A stretch of 36,465 nucleotides of DNA from NCBI GenBank assembly GCA_002104905.1, contig MCFE01000785.1, forward strand, positions 1 to 36,465, given 5' to 3'. A program made the position numbers and the translations under genes. The DNA is from Basidiobolus meristosporus CBS 931.73. Lineage: Eukaryota > Fungi > Basidiobolomycota. Positions 12,412-23,607 of this stretch are shown here, piece after piece. The notes under the pieces were generated by a model. That model searched no databases and was not told the origin of the DNA. It worked only from the letters and a program-made list of their open reading frames with translations. How positions within the stretch are numbered: position 1 is the first letter of the stretch; each line of letters opens with the position of its first letter.

Positions 12412-12632
12412 ATATATGGAAGTGAGTCAAACCAAAGGGGTAATGTGTTGCATATACAGGTGTATGTGGTGCCAAAATTTTGTTTATAATGCTTACTATG
12501 GCAGGTCATCATTGAGTCTTACATTCATGTAGGTGCAATGTCTCAAATACAAGACTGTCTTAAGTTCACATGAGTATTGACCAAAAAGTGATATAATAGC
12601 GTTACATTGTTGAAGGTCAAACTGTTTGCCCT

Positions 12633-12917
12633 ATGGACAAGACTACTTTGACTCAATGCTGTAAGAGAAGAGAAAAAAGACCATGTGGCTATTGTGGCAA
12701 GCCTCTGAGCCATAAGCCATGCAGACAGCATAGGAAGTATTACAAGGATCATGGCCAGTGTTTTGCCACCCAAGTCATATTTGACCATTCATTGGTCACT
12801 ACTGTACCAACATTATCTTGCCGGCCAGTTGATACTTCAAAATTGGCACCTGGCCATCTTTGTCACCTTGCGCAAACTGAGTCAGGTGAGTTTGTGACAC
12901 CTTTAGGCTCACCTCAG
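12633..12917 (+). pseudogene. CACTA-like transposase N-terminus (copy 3), truncated
   Basis: MDKTTLTQCC...CGYCGKPLSHKPCRQH, nearly identical to the start of 28761..29417. Confidence 0.85.
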
Positions 12918-13307
12918 CTGGTTAATTGGTCCAAAAGTATCCTGAAGCTCTCAGCCCCCAATTGACTCATTGACTACTAAACAAGCTACCTGATGTGCCA
13001 TTAAATATCCAATTTTGCCCATTAAGCAAGTAAATCCGTGATCCTAGTGATTGGACAAGGTGTCATAGCTAGTACACAACCAATTGTATAGGTGCAAATC
13101 AGATCAAATGGCTGTACTGGTGCCACAGATTATGTATACATATGCAGGGTGTTTATTTATAGGCGTCCTGTCTCAAATGTGAGATGACCTTAATATTGCT
13201 TATATCAAAATCTTAGTGATCACTGATTTGCAATGGCTTGATGCGGATTGCAAAAAAAAATGCGTTGTTTGGATCATTGCAAATAATAGCAATCCAATGC
13301 AATTGCA

Positions 13308-14459
13308 TCATCTTCTCCTAGGCTTTTTTCTCACAGGGATTACTACTGAAGCATTTGGTAGTGATTCACTTTGCACACCTAAACCTCTTTCTTGTTGACT
13401 ATCCTCTTGGCTACTTGTGTATTTGTAGTCAGTATTTTGCCTCCTAGTTGATGAGTGCAATGCTGCAGCTAGGCCATGCTGAGTTGTTCCAGATGATGCA
13501 ACTAAGCTGGCCTGCAGTGCTACACACTGACGCATTCTTTTACTTGCCAAAGGCTCTGGTGGTGGAGGCACTTCATGTGGGTCATCATCTGTCAGTCCAC
13601 CAGAAGAAACCTGCGGATGGTCAGGTGTAATGGCACACGCAGACGCAACTTGATGCCCTGGCATTGCCCTTGGCTGAGTTTGATATGATGCCGCTTGTTG
13701 ATGTGACTTGGCCCACTCCAATGGACTTGTGTCTTTTTGAGCAGTTTGGCAGGTTCTGGTGGTTTTGCTCTGAAGCACGCACATTGACCCAATATGCATT
13801 GAGTCAATGCAGAGTGCTCTTGTGAAGGGTGTTGGCATAGTTTGGACTGACGTGTGCTGGTGCGCTGAAGTTGCAAGGGATGGTAAGGAATCCAGCAAGG
13901 CATGCTGGCACAATCTAGACAATGTTGCTTGCAGTCTGTATTCCTCCTCTTGAAGCTCACCTTCTGATTCCTTGAGGTATTCACTTACCCTCTGACTAAT
14001 ACTTTGCAACTGTTGCCTGGATGAGTCCTGTGTATATTGCTCTTGGAAGCCACTTAGCTCTACTAATATATCACATAATACATTAGTCATTTGAGGCAAA
14101 AACTCATTCAAAATCTCTGTGGTTCCCAAAGTCAATGCACAAACGGATGTGTCCGGCCCATACCATGCAAATTGCATGCAAAATTGTACCCACACGGCTT
14201 CCTCATTAAATCCCCTCAATCTCAGCTCATTCTTGATTTCAATACTTGTCTTGTTATATATCTTCTTACATAAATCTGCTGGCATCTTAATGTAGTACTC
14301 ATGCCACAGCTTTCTACTCAGGTTCTTCCATCTCTGTTGACTCTCCAAGGTATCTAGTTCTGCAAGATTAATCAGTAGTGCCCAGAAATCTGTATGAGGG
14401 CTCATCATAGACACTTGGGCCATACTGAAATCATTTGGTGAGAACTTGAGCAGATCCAA
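13308..14459 (-). CDS. PHIS-element partner gene, copy H0: open for 383 codons, no ATG at the 5' junction, no TIRs or transposase
   Basis: Colinear with 30921-32168 and 34225-35457 and ends VVIPVRKKPRRR. The homologous segment spans 12913-14460. Confidence 0.8.
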   Translation of the reverse strand: MDLLKFSPNDFSMAQVSMMSPHTDFWALLINLAELDTLESQQRWKNLSRKLWHEYYIKMPADLCKKIYNKTSIEIKNELRLRGFNEEAVWVQFCMQFAWYGPDTSVCALTLGTTEILNEFLPQMTNVLCDILVELSGFQEQYTQDSSRQQLQSISQRVSEYLKESEGELQEEEYRLQATLSRLCQHALLDSLPSLATSAHQHTSVQTMPTPFTRALCIDSMHIGSMCVLQSKTTRTCQTAQKDTSPLEWAKSHQQAASYQTQPRAMPGHQVASACAITPDHPQVSSGGLTDDDPHEVPPPPEPLASKRMRQCVALQASLVASSGTTQHGLAAALHSSTRRQNTDYKYTSSQEDSQQERGLGVQSESLPNASVVIPVRKKPRRR

Positions 14460-15240
14460 CTTTACCTTTTTTTTTGGGAGAAGGAATATATTGGCTAAAT
14501 ACCAAAAAGTTCTTTGCAGATTTTCAGGAGGTATTCATGGCAGAAGTGCAACAACCATGCATATGTCTGCAAGATGTATATGCTACCAGCAGTTGAAAGT
14601 ATATGGCAACTTTGCAAGAATCACACTAAAAAGCCGTAAAGTTGAGGTGATAGAAGTATGTCAATTGCGGCAGGTTTGTGCATTTGTAGAGGTTAGTAAG
14701 CAGGAGGCCATAGCATTTTTTGATTCTAGCTACATGTGGAATACCAAAGGTGGCAGTGGGCAAGTAAATAATGAGGGGTGATTCTACAGTGAAAAAATAT
14801 GGTTAGCACAAGGGGAGTTAGAAAAAGGAAATACCATTTGGTAAATTGGTATGGTAGCATTATACAGAACCAACAGCAGGCCATCATACTGCCAATGAAA
14901 AGCCATCAGAGTCTTGCTATGAGGCCATCAAAACACCGTCAAGTTTCTTGCCATAAGGCAATTGGAAGTCCTGGCCATCTGGATCCACTTAAGATAGTAA
15001 TAGAGCACTGAAAGACTACAACAATACCATGCAAATATTGTCACAACACCAATCAAAAACTGTCAAGTTTTATCCCTTTATTTGGCTGTAAAATTTGCAG
15101 AACACCGTCATGATCTTGTTATAAGATTGTCAAGAGGGTCACTAATATCAAGCTGCTGTTATTATGATGGTCTCTGAACAGGATCTTGACGGATGATCCA
15201 GATTGGATCCACCCGTGGGACCAAATTATCTTTCATAGGG

Positions 15241-16248
15241 TGACACATAGAGCTTTTTTGCAAAGTGTCTGTGATGAGATCTGAGTGGCTATACTACAAG
15301 CATAAAGCTGAACCTGTAGATCTCTGCCACCACTGTATCCATTTGCTACTTCATCTTGCTTGGTGTGTCAAGAATATTGGACCTTGCTTTACCTTTTGGA
15401 GTTTATTATGGAGTAGATGTGTGGGGAGATAGGAATATAAGCCAAGTTGCAGCCACTACCATATCTTAATCTCAACAAGAATCTTACCTTCAAATCTTTC
15501 ATGCATGTGATGAGTTGGCACATGGAGGGCAGCCACAAAGACTTGGAAAATAATGAGGACGGAAGCTCTTGTAGAGCCACCTCTGCCTATGGCATTAAGA
15601 AGCTAAGCAGCCTCAATGCATGGGTAACCAGTCCAGTAGTGCAAAGTTGGGCTAGGTGCAACAAGCAACTAATTTTTATCAGGAAAAACCTACCCAGGTA
15701 TGCCAGACTTCTCTTGGTCACAAGCCAATTTCTACACCAATCAATATAGCATCACACAAACAAGAGTCAGGACACACCAATAAGGGGGACTAGAATTCAG
15801 CAGAGAGAAGGAATATATTGGCTAAATACCAAAAAGTTCTTTGCAGATATTCAGGAGGTATTCATGGCAGAAGTGGCAGCAGCCAAGCATATATTTGCAA
15901 GATGTATATGTTACCAGCAATACAAGGTATATGCCAACTTTGCAAGCGTCACACTAAAAAGCTGTAAAGTTGAGGTGATAGAAGTATATCAATTACAGCA
16001 GGTGTGCATGTTTGTAGAAGTTAGTAAGCAGGAGGCCATAGCATTTTTTGATTCTAGCTATATGTGGAATACCAAATGTGGTGGTGGGTACGCAAATAAA
16101 GAAGGGTGATTCAGCTGTGGAATATATGAATTGCGCAAGGGGAGGTAGAAAAAGGAATTACCATTTGGTAAATTGGTATGGTAGCATCATACAAACCAGT
16201 GGCAGGCCATCATACTGCCAAAAAAAAGCCATCAGAGTCTTGCTGTGA
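15241..16248 (+). pseudogene. CACTA-like transposase C-terminal part (copy 2); a shorter equivalent lies at 14476-14920 in copy 3
   Basis: ORFs 15447..15749, 15864..16109 and 16048..16248 are homologous to ~25300-26200 and to the reverse complement of ~26570-27560. Confidence 0.85.
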
Positions 16249-16541
16249 GGCCATCAAAATACCGTCAAGTTTCTTACCATATAAGACAATTGGAAGTCCT
16301 GGCCAGCTGGATCCACTTAAAATATGCCATGCCACCCTTGGCCTATTGCTGTACAAACATTGTTATATTTTATCAACTTTATTTTGCTGTAAAGCTAGTA
16401 AAATGCCATTGTGATCCTGTCACCAGATTGTGCAGATGGTCATCAATTCCAGGCTGCTGGTAATTTAGCAGTCTCCTGATGGGATCTTAACAGTTAGTCT
16501 GGACTGGATCCACCTGTGGGACCATTTTATTTATCATAGGG

Positions 16542-18167
16542 CTTAGGGTGGCAGCTACTCTGTAAAATCTAGCCAATTCTTACAAGTTTCTCTGGTATCT
16601 CAAAGGGCACATTTAGCTTGAAATGCCCCACATACAATTAGGTCTCCAGTATAGGGATATTTTGAAATGCATGCGCATTGCTCATGGTAGAAAGCTTTTG
16701 CTGCAACAGATACTCTTTATCTAAAATATCTCTAGTTTCCAATTAATCCCATTTTCTGGCCAATGGCTTATAGCTTGCCAACATTGATGCAATTGCACAC
16801 TGATTTCTGTACATTCTCTCTGCAGAAACATGATGTTCTTAGTGCTTGTGTTTGGGCAGTAGTAATATGTGAGTTATGGAGTAAGTCCCCTGGATCTCAC
16901 ACTTTTGATAGCAATGCCACCTATTTTGCCCAGAAAAGCTGGCCATCTTGCTGATGGCTGGGGTATCACCAGTTCAGACACTAATATGCGCTTTTACATG
17001 ATAACCATTTACTGTCATCCTGCTGGAAAGCATACAAAACTCATCCAGCAATGTATACAGGTAGCTATCCTGGTTGGAGAGTGATTTAGGCCCAGATATC
17101 AGTGAGACTACTATCAGATTATTGCTCTGATACCACAAGATAGGCAGCAGATTTGGGTCAATGAGAACCAGTAGCCAACAAGATTTGCTGGTAGATTACT
17201 TGCTGAATGCAAATCCATCAAGTGCAAAGGCAAAGGCATGCTCATACATACCTTCATGGTAGCCCTTGCTTCTAAGCTGTTTGCAATGTTAACCATCAAA
17301 TATATCTCATATGCTTGAGCTTGATTAATACTCAGTGCAGTATATATAGTGTCACAATACTTGTTGCACTGCATAAGCTTCTTCATATGGGGTATCACCA
17401 AAATATATCTGGAATGTAACCAATAATGATGGATTCCTGACAAGTTTGACACATTACAATGGTAGCATTTTCTGATGCTAATGCCATGTAACTGTTAGCA
17501 CATGCTGGTGTCAGGATGGTCTCTGGGTCATATGTTGCCAGCTGCATGATGGTTTTCCATTTATATGTTGTACATGGTAGATTACATCCTAGGATGTATT
17601 TGGCAAGAAGTAGTAGTAAATCCTCAAAGCCCCCATAACTGATATTTGTGGAAATGCACCACTTCTCTAGCCACAACATCCAATTATTTGCCAGTGTATG
17701 GATTATTGGGCTCACATGACTCCAGAAAGTATCCTTAGAATTTCTTTCCACAGGTGTTGTCTCATTGCATTTTGGTATATTATCAGGCTCATGCAGGATA
17801 CTGTAATTAAGGAAGATAGGTTGACAATCCATCAGTGAGCCTGCTTCTTTGGATCTATCACTCTGTGCACCATATTCAGAAGGCTGGGGTGTGCCTAAAG
17901 ATGTCACAAAATCTTCTGACTCAGTTTGTGCAAGGTGACAAGTATGGCTGGATGCTATTATACATGTATCAAATGGCCAGCAAGATATTGTTGGTGCAGT
18001 AGTGACTGGTGAATGGTCAAACTTGACTTGTGTGGCCAAACACTGACCATGATCCTTGTAATACTTCCTATGCTGTCAGCATGCTCTCTATCTGAGAGGC
18101 TTGCTACAGTAGCCATGTGGTCTTTTTCTCATCTCTTATGGCATAAAGTCAAAGTAGTCTTGTCCAT
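16542..18167 (-). pseudogene. CACTA-like transposase N-terminal and core part (copy 1)
   Basis: ORF 17395..18039: WLEKWCISTNISYGGFEDLLLLLAKYILGCNLPCTTY...CANSYMAL...CQTC. Colinear with 27779-29417. Confidence 0.88.
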
Positions 18168-18387
18168 GGGGCAAACAGCTTGACCTTCAACAACATAACA
18201 CTATTGTATCACTTTTTGGTCAATACTCATGTGAATTTAAGACAGTCTTGTATTTGAGTCTTTTCACCCACATGAATGCAAGATTCAATGATGACCCATT
18301 ATAGTTAGTATTATAAATAAAGTTGTGGCACCACAAATACACATATATGTAACACTATACCCCTTTTGTTTTGACTCACTTCCACAT

Positions 18388-18864
18388 ATATGCCACCAAC
18401 AAATAAAGCAAAGTTGTCTGGTGCCCATACTGCTGGAGTTGGGTATAGGGACTTGTATAGGTTAATATAACTAGCAATTAAGGTACAACATAGATTAAAT
18501 GGATATAGATCAATACGTAGGCATGAAAAGTAAGAGAAACAGTTGAGTCAGGTATTAAGGAGTGTGAAAAAGAGGCAATAGCCAATCAATGCACACAAAT
18601 ATAGGAGGTGATAGAATGTCCAGGATCAGAAAGTGAGAAAATTGGTAGAGAGTCAATCAAAGGCCACTTTTGGATTGTTGTCATGCAATGTTTAAGTTTT
18701 TTGTGATATTGGGGTGCAATTCTTTTATGATCTTTGCATGGTGTCTTGTTAGCAGAGAGCCAATCAAAAGCTACCTCTGTATTGCTGTGACAAAAAACTT
18801 TGACCAAGTTTTTTGTGATATCTGGGGTGCAATTGTTTTTGATGGCCTTTGCACAGTGTCCTGA
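18388..18864 (+). pseudogene. ORF-X of copy 1 with a large internal deletion (N-terminus fused to C-terminus near 18430)
   Basis: ATGCCACCAACAAATAAAGCAAAG start, then GVGYRDLYR and REPIKSYLCIAVTKNFDQVFCDIWG. Confidence 0.7.
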
Positions 18865-18945
18865 TGAGATCAGTATCTCTTAGTCACAGAACTTGGATTT
18901 TTTGATGGCCTTTTGACAGGATCATCACAATAATCTCACATAGGG

Positions 18946-19164
18946 CTGAGAGAAATGTGTCTGGAGAGTTATGAAGATTAAATAAAGCAAGAGAAGCCCT
19001 GTACTGAGCAACATAATTACAAGTGAGTAAAAATACCAGTAACTGTGTCCTACTTCTGGCATTATGGTAGATATTGGAGCTCCAGATAGTGCTGTAGAGT
19101 GCCAGATTAATCCAGCACTATAAACAGACTGGCACTATGTAGCACTATCTAGCAACACAAGTAT
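18946..19164 (+). mobile_element. Old remnant of the PHIS element: last transposase codons and terminus
   Basis: Reverse-complement match to 29514-29712. Ends CAAGTAT followed by ATT, and is cut by the left end of CACTA-like copy 1. Confidence 0.85.
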
Positions 19165-19991
19165 ATTTTATTGTAAACATTATTACTCACTTCATGTATG
19201 ATTGCTAGATGTAAGCACATCTCAATCAGGTAGGTATCTACACTGGTACCTGTAGCACAAAATTATACTCAGTCAGCCTCCCAACTACTTTCATCCCATA
19301 TGTAGTATCCCTTAACATGCACCCTGCATATGAATAGCATTGTTTCAATTTCAGTGTACCTCCCTGATTAGGTTTGGTCATGCCCATTTGGTCTAATACC
19401 TATTATGACACCTCATTCAATCATCAAGATCTGTGATCTACTTGCTATAAAGTAAAATAATGTATGTGTTGTTAATTCAGCCAGCTTGAAACATAGTTGT
19501 TGGACAAATTACATGCTCACAGTAAGAGGATGCTTTAGGACTGGTTCAAGTGTGACATTCCATAGGTTTAAGATGATGGTAACAGAAATAGCTAGTGAAT
19601 TGCACACTATGGTGTGTTACTCATTTGTTTATATTTTCATCAAAGGATCAAAACCAAATGTGGGGCTCTACCTACAGTTAGGGTTGTGTTGAATTGCTCA
19701 CAGTTGCAATATAATATTTGTTGGTGTAATCATCTGTCAACATTGTTTTGTCAGTGAGTATTATAATATATGGAGTCAGGATATAGAGCGCCAAGTTGGC
19801 CAGGATACAGCTTTATCTACCAGTGTGCCCAGAATATGTGTCTTAGCAATCACAAACTTCCCCACATACCATGGCATTGCCCAGAAGTGCTAGCTTATTG
19901 TAAACTAAAAGCAGTCAGCCACAAAAAGCCATTAAAGGTTCATTGCAAAGCTGTGAATGTTGTGAGTTTGAAGTCAAACCAGCATATGCAG

Positions 19992-20815
19992 CTAACTTGG
20001 TCACTTGGCTCATAGTCTTCAAATCTTGCAGAATTCTGTCCAAATTCCCTGTTGGAATTACTTTGAATATTGTCACCAAAATGTTAGGTACTGAGAACAC
20101 AGATTGGATTATTGGTCCAAAGAGCCCCAAGCCTTGCACACATGCTCCTGGAACCTTCCTGAGCATGTTTTAGAGGTTTTTGCCCAGACCATGTAAGTGC
20201 ATGAGTACTACTCTAATATTGAATAAATCTTTAAGTGAGAACCACACAATCTACTTGCTCTTTGAGTCACTTCATGCATTCTCAAAACTCTTACAACAGA
20301 AAAGAGTACCCCAATAGTTGATAACAAACTATTAGAGATATTTACAACACCTTTCAGGCTTCTTGTGCTGGGTGTTCTATGTTTGCTTGCCTTAATTGCT
20401 GGGCAAATCTGGGTAACCTTGACTTGTTAAATTTGCAATTGTCATTATTTTTGATGCCAGCCCTGTAACAGCACCAACATTTGGCACTCTGTCTAGTGCT
20501 AATTGCTGTAAGAGTATTGGAGATATTGAAAGTGATTGGGAGAACAAGTATATTATGTAGTTTTCACTTAATGATTTATTAGATGTAAAAGTGGTATTTA
20601 TACTTTTACATAGTTGTTACATACCAAGCATATAGAATAAGCTTAGGGAGATCCCAAGAGCCAGTGTGCAAGGTTTAGGTCTCTTTGAACAGCCTATCAA
20701 ACTTTCATGTTCTAGGTACCTGATATTTAGTGAGAATATTTTAAGTAAATTGCAACAAGGAATTTTATCTGTATTCCCTAAGATTTGAAGGTAATGATCT
20801 AAGTGACTAAGTTAG
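19992..20815. repeat. Degenerate inverted repeat; arms ~19992-20299 and ~20506-20815
   Basis: Shared blocks such as GTGTGCAAGG-YTTRGGKCTCTTTG, AGATTTGAAG and TCACTTAA-GATTTATT. Roughly 70% identity by eye. Confidence 0.75.
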
Positions 20816-20852
20816 GTGAGTATTTAGGTAAAGTTACACACTATTATACCAC

Positions 20853-21014
20853 TCAGCAAATTTTCATACTGACCAGTCCATATTTTGACCTAAGATATTC
20901 AAACTTGTCTCTACCTAATGGTCTGGTAAATATGTTTCCAATCACTTCATCTGTAGAGCAGTGAGCTAAGTTAACCAAGTTATTCTCTATAGCTTCATGT
21001 ATGAAATAACCACA
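20853..21014 (-). pseudogene. Ty1/copia RNase H C-terminal fragment
   Basis: YFIHEAIENNLVNLAHCSTDEVIGNIFTRPLGRDKFEYLRSKYGL matches the copia HFIRE...ADI.TKPL...F..LR..LG tail. Truncated by the copy 4 terminus. Confidence 0.85.
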
Positions 21015-21110
21015 TTGCTTCTTTTGTTGTGCTATGAAGAATAATTGTGATGGTCCTGCCAAAAGGCTGTCACAAGCCCTAAGTCCTGGAACTGTGAGGT
21101 ACTGATCCCA

Positions 21111-23386
21111 TCAGGACACTGTGCAAAGACCATCAAAAAATAATTGCTCTCCAGATATCACAAAAAACTTGGTCAAAACTTCTCATCACAACAATACAAA
21201 AGTGGCTTTTGATTGGCTCTCTGCCAGTTTGCTCACTTTCTGAGCCCAGACACTCTATCAGCTCCTACATTTGTGTGCATTGATTAGCTATTGCCTCTTT
21301 TCATACCCCTTATTAGCAGACTCAACCATTTTGCATACTTTTCTTGTATAGAATTGATTTGTTTTTGTTGAAACTTCAGTTGTACCTTGATTGCAAATTG
21401 TATTGACCTATACAAGTCCCTATACCCAACACTAACATCAAGCCCAGCCGCACACTTAACAGAGTAACTCTATTAAAATCCATCACTCAATAAGTGTTGT
21501 GCTGTAATGCTCTGTCTACATGAGTTTGTGGGAACCCTATGGCTTTATGCTATTGCTCATTCACCGGTGCCCATACCTCCTTGTCTTCAGCCAGCACTGC
21601 AAGGTCCAGCTCCTCATCTGTCAGTATTTGCATAGATCCTTGCAATATTCAAGTTCATTTTCTTGAGCACTGCTCTTGAAGAAATGCTGCAGCCTCTTGG
21701 TGTGCCTATTAATATTCTAGAATTCCACTGAAGGCATTGTAAAAATCTTTTAATCTCTTGAAGTTGTTGCTTTGTCTGTCAGTGTGATCTCTACTTTATC
21801 AGCAATGATGGACACAGAGGCTGTGGTAGATAAATTGCCTTTTCTGCAAACGCATCTACCTAACTGGAGTGTAGTTCAACTGGCTGCGCTTCCAACTCTT
21901 GTAGAAACCACTGTTTTCTTGTTGGTAATTCTTCTTGGCTACAATTGAATTCAGTCTGTTCCAGTATTACAGCATTAATTGGCAAGAGCTGCAGCTTTTT
22001 CTCATGCTTCCCTGTCACTTGCTTGGGTTGACTTTTTCCCTTTGCCTTTTCCTTTATCACTACCAGGTCTTTCACTGCTGCTTAGTGTGAGTGCTTCTTG
22101 TATTGAACTATGTTTGCTCCTTAATATATGCTGCTCTGATGCATCTGTTTTGGCCTGTGTGTACCTTACTGGCACTCTGCAGGCAACCCAACACTTCTTT
22201 CCTGCTTGTTTCAAGCTCTCAGCACATTCTGTGATGGGCTCCTATAATAGCCACTTGTCTTTGACCCTGCCAGGTCCTTCACTGCTATCTTGACTGAGTG
22301 CTTCTTGTGTAGAGCTACACTTTTCTTTGGCAAATGTTGTGCTGGTGCATCTAGTTTGCCAGTATTTCCCTTATTGACCCTCTTCCAGCTACCAGATGCC
22401 ACTTTGATGCATGTTTGGAGCTTTTGGCCCTGCTTATAACAGGCTCCTGAGGAAGCCACTGGTTTTAGCCATTGCACCCTTATTCTTCTGCCTTTGATAG
22501 TGTCTGCTATTCTTGAGACACTTTCTGAGCATAACAATGCTGGCCCAAGATCTGTTTGCTTGTTTGAAGCCAGGATAATGCTCATGGAACAAGTCAAGCA
22601 CATTTGGTTTGGCCTCAAGTTCCTGATGGTCCCATTGTATACTGGCCTTAAGGTGTTGGCAAGCTTGACTTCTGATTGAATATTTTCCCACTCTTCATCA
22701 TTGCTCTCAGTGGCTTCATGGATCTTCAGTGTGTTTGGATCTAAGGCATTGGTACAAACACAACATTTCCCCCCTCTAGGCTATTATAGGTTTTCTGCAG
22801 GCTGTATCTTTGGACACTGTTGTTGTGCTTCAGAGTGTATGGGAAATGGCTCAACTCTTGGCTGTGGCATTGAGCCACTCAGTTCCTTCTTTGCAGCAGA
22901 TATGCAGCTGTTTCTACCTGGAATATTGATTCCTTTACACCTTATATCTACTCATCCTGCTTCTGGAGTATTTGCGGATCTCTCTGAGCCATTGCATCTA
23001 TTCAATCAGCCACTGCACCTAACTGCCTTGATAATGCTTTGGTCTGAGCTGACAACATACTTGCTAATACAGGTGGTGGTGATGTTATAAAGGCCACTTA
23101 CTGGTCTTCAACTAAAGGTCCAGCTTTTGCTACATTCTCATCAGCCTCAGCATTATGGTCAGCTTGCAGCTCTGCAGAGATTCCCTATTTCCTACTTGAC
23201 TGAGAGCCTGAGGAGTCCACAACATTCCCTTCAGTGGACACACTGTCCACAGGGCTTTTTTTGGGTGTAGCTCAGCTTGTTGCACTCAATGTCAAAGCAA
23301 GCTGTTGTCCAATTGTACTTCTGCTGCTGTCAGCAGTGGGGTTTGGTTGGGAACCAGACAACTTTGTTTTTTTTTCTTGGCACCAT
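21111..23386 (-). pseudogene. ORF-X of copy 4, apparently full length (~750 codons), many stops and frameshifts
   Basis: Colinear with 10753-12411 and with the reverse complement of 33040-33482. Confidence 0.7.
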
Positions 23387-23607
23387 ATATATAGAAGTAA
23401 GTCAAACCAAAGGGGAAATAGTGTTACATAAACATGTGTATGTGGTGCCACAACTTTATTTATAATGATTAATAAGGCCAGTTATCATTGAATCTTAGAT
23501 TTATGGAGGTGCAATGTCTGAAATACAAGACTGTCTTAAACTCACCTGAGTAATGACAAAAAGTGATATAATATTGTTACATTGTGGAGTGTCAAACTGT
23601 TTTCCCC

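Larger units (their letters stand above)
10672..15240 (+). mobile_element. CACTA-like copy 3 with both termini and a perfect 3-bp TSD (TGA); transposase core replaced by a PHIS partner gene
   Basis: TGA|CCCTATGAAGAATTATTG ... AATTATCTTTCATAGGG|TGA. The two flanks rejoin into contiguous transposase sequence (the ITNANL...LYYK region of copies 1 and 5). Confidence 0.9.
5337..16541 (+). mobile_element. CACTA-like copy 2, internally deleted, inserted in the transposase of copy 1; hosts gypsy-2 and copy 3
   Basis: Begins CCCTATGAAAAGTTATTG and ends ...TTTATTTATCATAGGG. Flanks CTGA / CTTA are only an imperfect duplication. Host sequence resumes at 16542. Confidence 0.8.
3624..18945 (-). mobile_element. 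CACTA-like copy 1 (outermost, minus orientation). Own sequence is 3624-5336 plus 16542-18945; the middle is nested inserts.
   Basis: Right-end sequence CCCGTATGAAAAATA at 3624 is homologous to 26253. Left end ...ATAATCTCACATAGGG ends at 18945. The transposase is contiguous across 5336/16542 when compared with copy 5 (~27765-27790). No matching TSD, so pairing of the two ends is inferred. Confidence 0.7.

Noticed and set aside
13308-14459. H0 as a domesticated host gene under selection
   Set aside because: Many differences from H1/H2 are CpG-type replacements (R to Q/W/C) and the 5' end is cut off. The open frame may be chance unless dN/dS or expression shows otherwise.
20820-20852. Copia PPT and 3' LTR after the RNase H stop
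   Set aside because: There is no clear purine tract and no second LTR copy to confirm a boundary.
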